Source of the DNA: an uncultured Clostridia bacterium
GTDB taxonomy: Bacteria > Bacillota > Clostridia > TANB77 > CAG-508
DNA: 52,005 bases
Direction of reading: 5' to 3'
Assembly (NCBI GenBank): GCA_944393315.1
Contig: CALXZT010000003.1
Location: 1 to 52,005 of the forward strand
In this document: piece by piece, positions 49,881-52,005 of the stretch
Position numbering within the stretch: position 1 is the first letter of the stretch
Layout of the letters: every line of letters starts with the position of its first letter
Notes under the pieces: generated by a model
What the model saw: only the letters and a program-made list of their open reading frames with translations
What the model was told of the DNA's origin: nothing
Databases searched by the model: none
Position numbers and translations under genes: made by a program

Positions 49881-51890
49881 TTAATTGTTTTCTTCAAAAT
49901 ACTCATTAATTTTCTGTATTAGCTCTTCTTTTACTTCTTCTATTGTTTTGCCATCTATTTGTGCTCCGGCTAAAGTTATATGTCCTCCGCCTCCTAATTT
50001 TTCTAGTATTACTTGAACATTTATATCTCCTATTGAGCGTCCACTTATAATTACCTTTTCTCCTACTTTTCCTAGGACAAATGATGCTGTTATGTTTCCA
50101 ATAGTTAGTAATTCATCTGCTGATTTAGCACATATTAAGTTTGTATCTTTTTCTTGCCCATTATATATCGATACAGCTATTGACTCATTAATCATCACTG
50201 AATTTCTTACAACCTCTGCTATTTTATTGTAATCATCCATGTCACTTTGAAACCATTTTTTTATTTTTATGATATCTACACCTAACTTACGTAGGTAAGC
50301 GGCTGCTTCAAATGTTCTTACTCCTGTTTTAAATGTAAAGTTTTTAGTGTCAACCATAATTCCTGCATATAATGCTTCTGCTTCTAATAATTTAAGCTCA
50401 CATTTAGTTTCCACATATTGTATAAGCTCTGTTACTAGTTCTGCTGCTGATGATGCATATACCTCTTGGAAAGTTAAAATACTATTATTAATATAATCTG
50501 CACTTCTTCTATGATGGTCAATTATTACTATTTTATTTGTTTTTTCTAATAGTTCTGAATCTTCAACATAATTTTTTTTATGTGTATCTACTACAACTAT
50601 TAAAGTATTTTCATTAACTATTTCTCTAGCTTCTTCTTTACTTATAATTACCCCTTGGTAAATATCATTTTTTTGAATATTTTCCATAAGTCCACTTATT
50701 GCTTTTGCTTCTTTATTGGTTACTATATAAGCTTTTTTTTCTAGTACTGTGGATAATCTATATATTCCAAGTCCTGCTCCTAAAGCATCTATATCAGGAT
50801 TTGTATGTCCCATTATTATTACGTTTTCTGCTTCTTTAATTAGCTTTTCTAGTGCATGTGCTACAACTCTTGCCTTTACTTTTGTTCTTTTTTCTACTTC
50901 TTCTGCTCTTCCTCCAAAGAATTGATATTTTCCATTTTCTCTTATAGCTGCTTGATCTCCACCTCTTCCTAATATTATATCTACTGTTGCTAAAGCTGAT
51001 TTGTATTTTTCTTTTTCTGTCTCTCCTTCAGTTGATATTGCTATACTTAGTGTTAATTGAAGGTTTTCTTCACTTGCTACATCTTTAATGGTATCTAAGA
51101 TGCTAAATTTGTTTTCTTTTATTTTTTCAAGATATCTATATTCAAAAACATATACATAAGTGTCTCTTTCAGGTTTTATAATTATACCGTTTGTCTCATT
51201 TGCCCATTCATATATGCTTTTTTCGATTTTGGCTATTACTTCTGGTTTTCTTTCGTTTTCAACTCTTTGCATTGTTTCTTCATAATTATCTACATTTATT
51301 ATTCCAACACAAATTTGAGAATTCTCATATTCTTTTTGTAGTTTTATATTTGCGGTTTCATCCATAAAGTAAATTATTATCATATATTCGTCTGATTTTT
51401 TTCTATTGCTTTTTGATTTAACAAATTCTCCTAAAATTTTATATGTTTTCTTTCCAATTTTTATTTGTTTTTCTACTGTTCTTGTTTTTTTTCCTTCGCT
51501 TTTTTCTATCTCTTGTTTCATTGTAATTGTTAAATCATCAATATAATTGTTAATATCAATGTTTGCAAATTCTGTTACAAATTTCGAACTTTTCCAAATT
51601 ACATTTCCATCTGTTTCTAATATTATTAATGGTAATGGTGAATTTATTAGAGTGTTTTTGGCTGCAGAATCTACTGTTAAAGTAAGGTCTTGTAAGTGTT
51701 CGGATATTTCACTCTTTCTTTTGTTATTTGTTAAATATGAATATCCGACTATTGCTATGTATGCTATTATTGATGGTATTATGAATGTTAGATTATATAT
51801 ACATATTACTATTAATAATATTAGGATTATTATAAGATATATTTTTGTTCTTGATACTAGATTTTCTAATACTTTTTTATTATTTGACAT
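49881..51890 (-). CDS. gdpP: Cyclic-di-AMP phosphodiesterase GdpP
   Basis: Two TMs, PAS-like region, degenerate GGDEF (GRGGDQ), GH..PD.D, VDTH, IDHH, GGGH. Confidence 0.93.
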   Translation of the reverse strand: MSNNKKVLENLVSRTKIYLIIILILLIVICIYNLTFIIPSIIAYIAIVGYSYLTNNKRKSEISEHLQDLTLTVDSAAKNTLINSPLPLIILETDGNVIWKSSKFVTEFANIDINNYIDDLTITMKQEIEKSEGKKTRTVEKQIKIGKKTYKILGEFVKSKSNRKKSDEYMIIIYFMDETANIKLQKEYENSQICVGIINVDNYEETMQRVENERKPEVIAKIEKSIYEWANETNGIIIKPERDTYVYVFEYRYLEKIKENKFSILDTIKDVASEENLQLTLSIAISTEGETEKEKYKSALATVDIILGRGGDQAAIRENGKYQFFGGRAEEVEKRTKVKARVVAHALEKLIKEAENVIIMGHTNPDIDALGAGLGIYRLSTVLEKKAYIVTNKEAKAISGLMENIQKNDIYQGVIISKEEAREIVNENTLIVVVDTHKKNYVEDSELLEKTNKIVIIDHHRRSADYINNSILTFQEVYASSAAELVTELIQYVETKCELKLLEAEALYAGIMVDTKNFTFKTGVRTFEAAAYLRKLGVDIIKIKKWFQSDMDDYNKIAEVVRNSVMINESIAVSIYNGQEKDTNLICAKSADELLTIGNITASFVLGKVGEKVIISGRSIGDINVQVILEKLGGGGHITLAGAQIDGKTIEEVKEELIQKINEYFEENN

Positions 51891-52005
51891 ACTTTTCTCC
51901 TTTTATCATCCTTATATATTTTACTTTTTTATATTAGTTTTGTCAAGTTTTTGCGGTTTTAATCAATTATATGGTAATATAAATGTGAATATTATATGGA
52001 GTTTC

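Noticed and set aside
26295-50756. Single perfect DnaA boxes (TGTGGATAA) at 26295 and 50748
   Set aside because: Isolated and inside coding sequence (one encodes the conserved VIHR of SipW); expected by chance; no oriC features

Overview
A low-GC, endospore-forming Clostridia chromosome segment. It is mostly housekeeping genes, nearly all on the - strand (probably the leading strand): gdpP, rplI, dnaB, tilS, ftsH, rpsU, topB, mfd, trmL, smc, lemA-htpX, exoA, rpoBC, fba, apeA, tmk. It also holds a tRNA-Arg(UCU) and the 5' half of a probable OLE RNA running off the left edge. I saw no prophage, IS or CRISPR. Most striking: two otherwise intact genes, a GH3 nagZ-like gene and ftsH, both break frame by +1 at the identical in-frame sequence AAG-CGG-A. 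My manual scan found no other in-frame CGG in host-like genes, which suggests lineage-specific recoding (CGG-A read through as GGA/Gly). Other points of interest: (1) an RNA polymerase with clustered substitutions at near-invariant trigger-loop, bridge-helix and link positions; (2) a SipW-type fibre cluster with WalR-like boxes in its divergent promoter; (3) a membrane-tethered ECF sigma factor paired with a serpin-like exported protein; (4) a solitary GC-rich gene with a CLec/FGE-like C-terminus; (5) a REP-like palindrome family; (6) DnaA-box-like motifs inside a topB insertion. All calls come from reading the sequence by eye; no searches were run.
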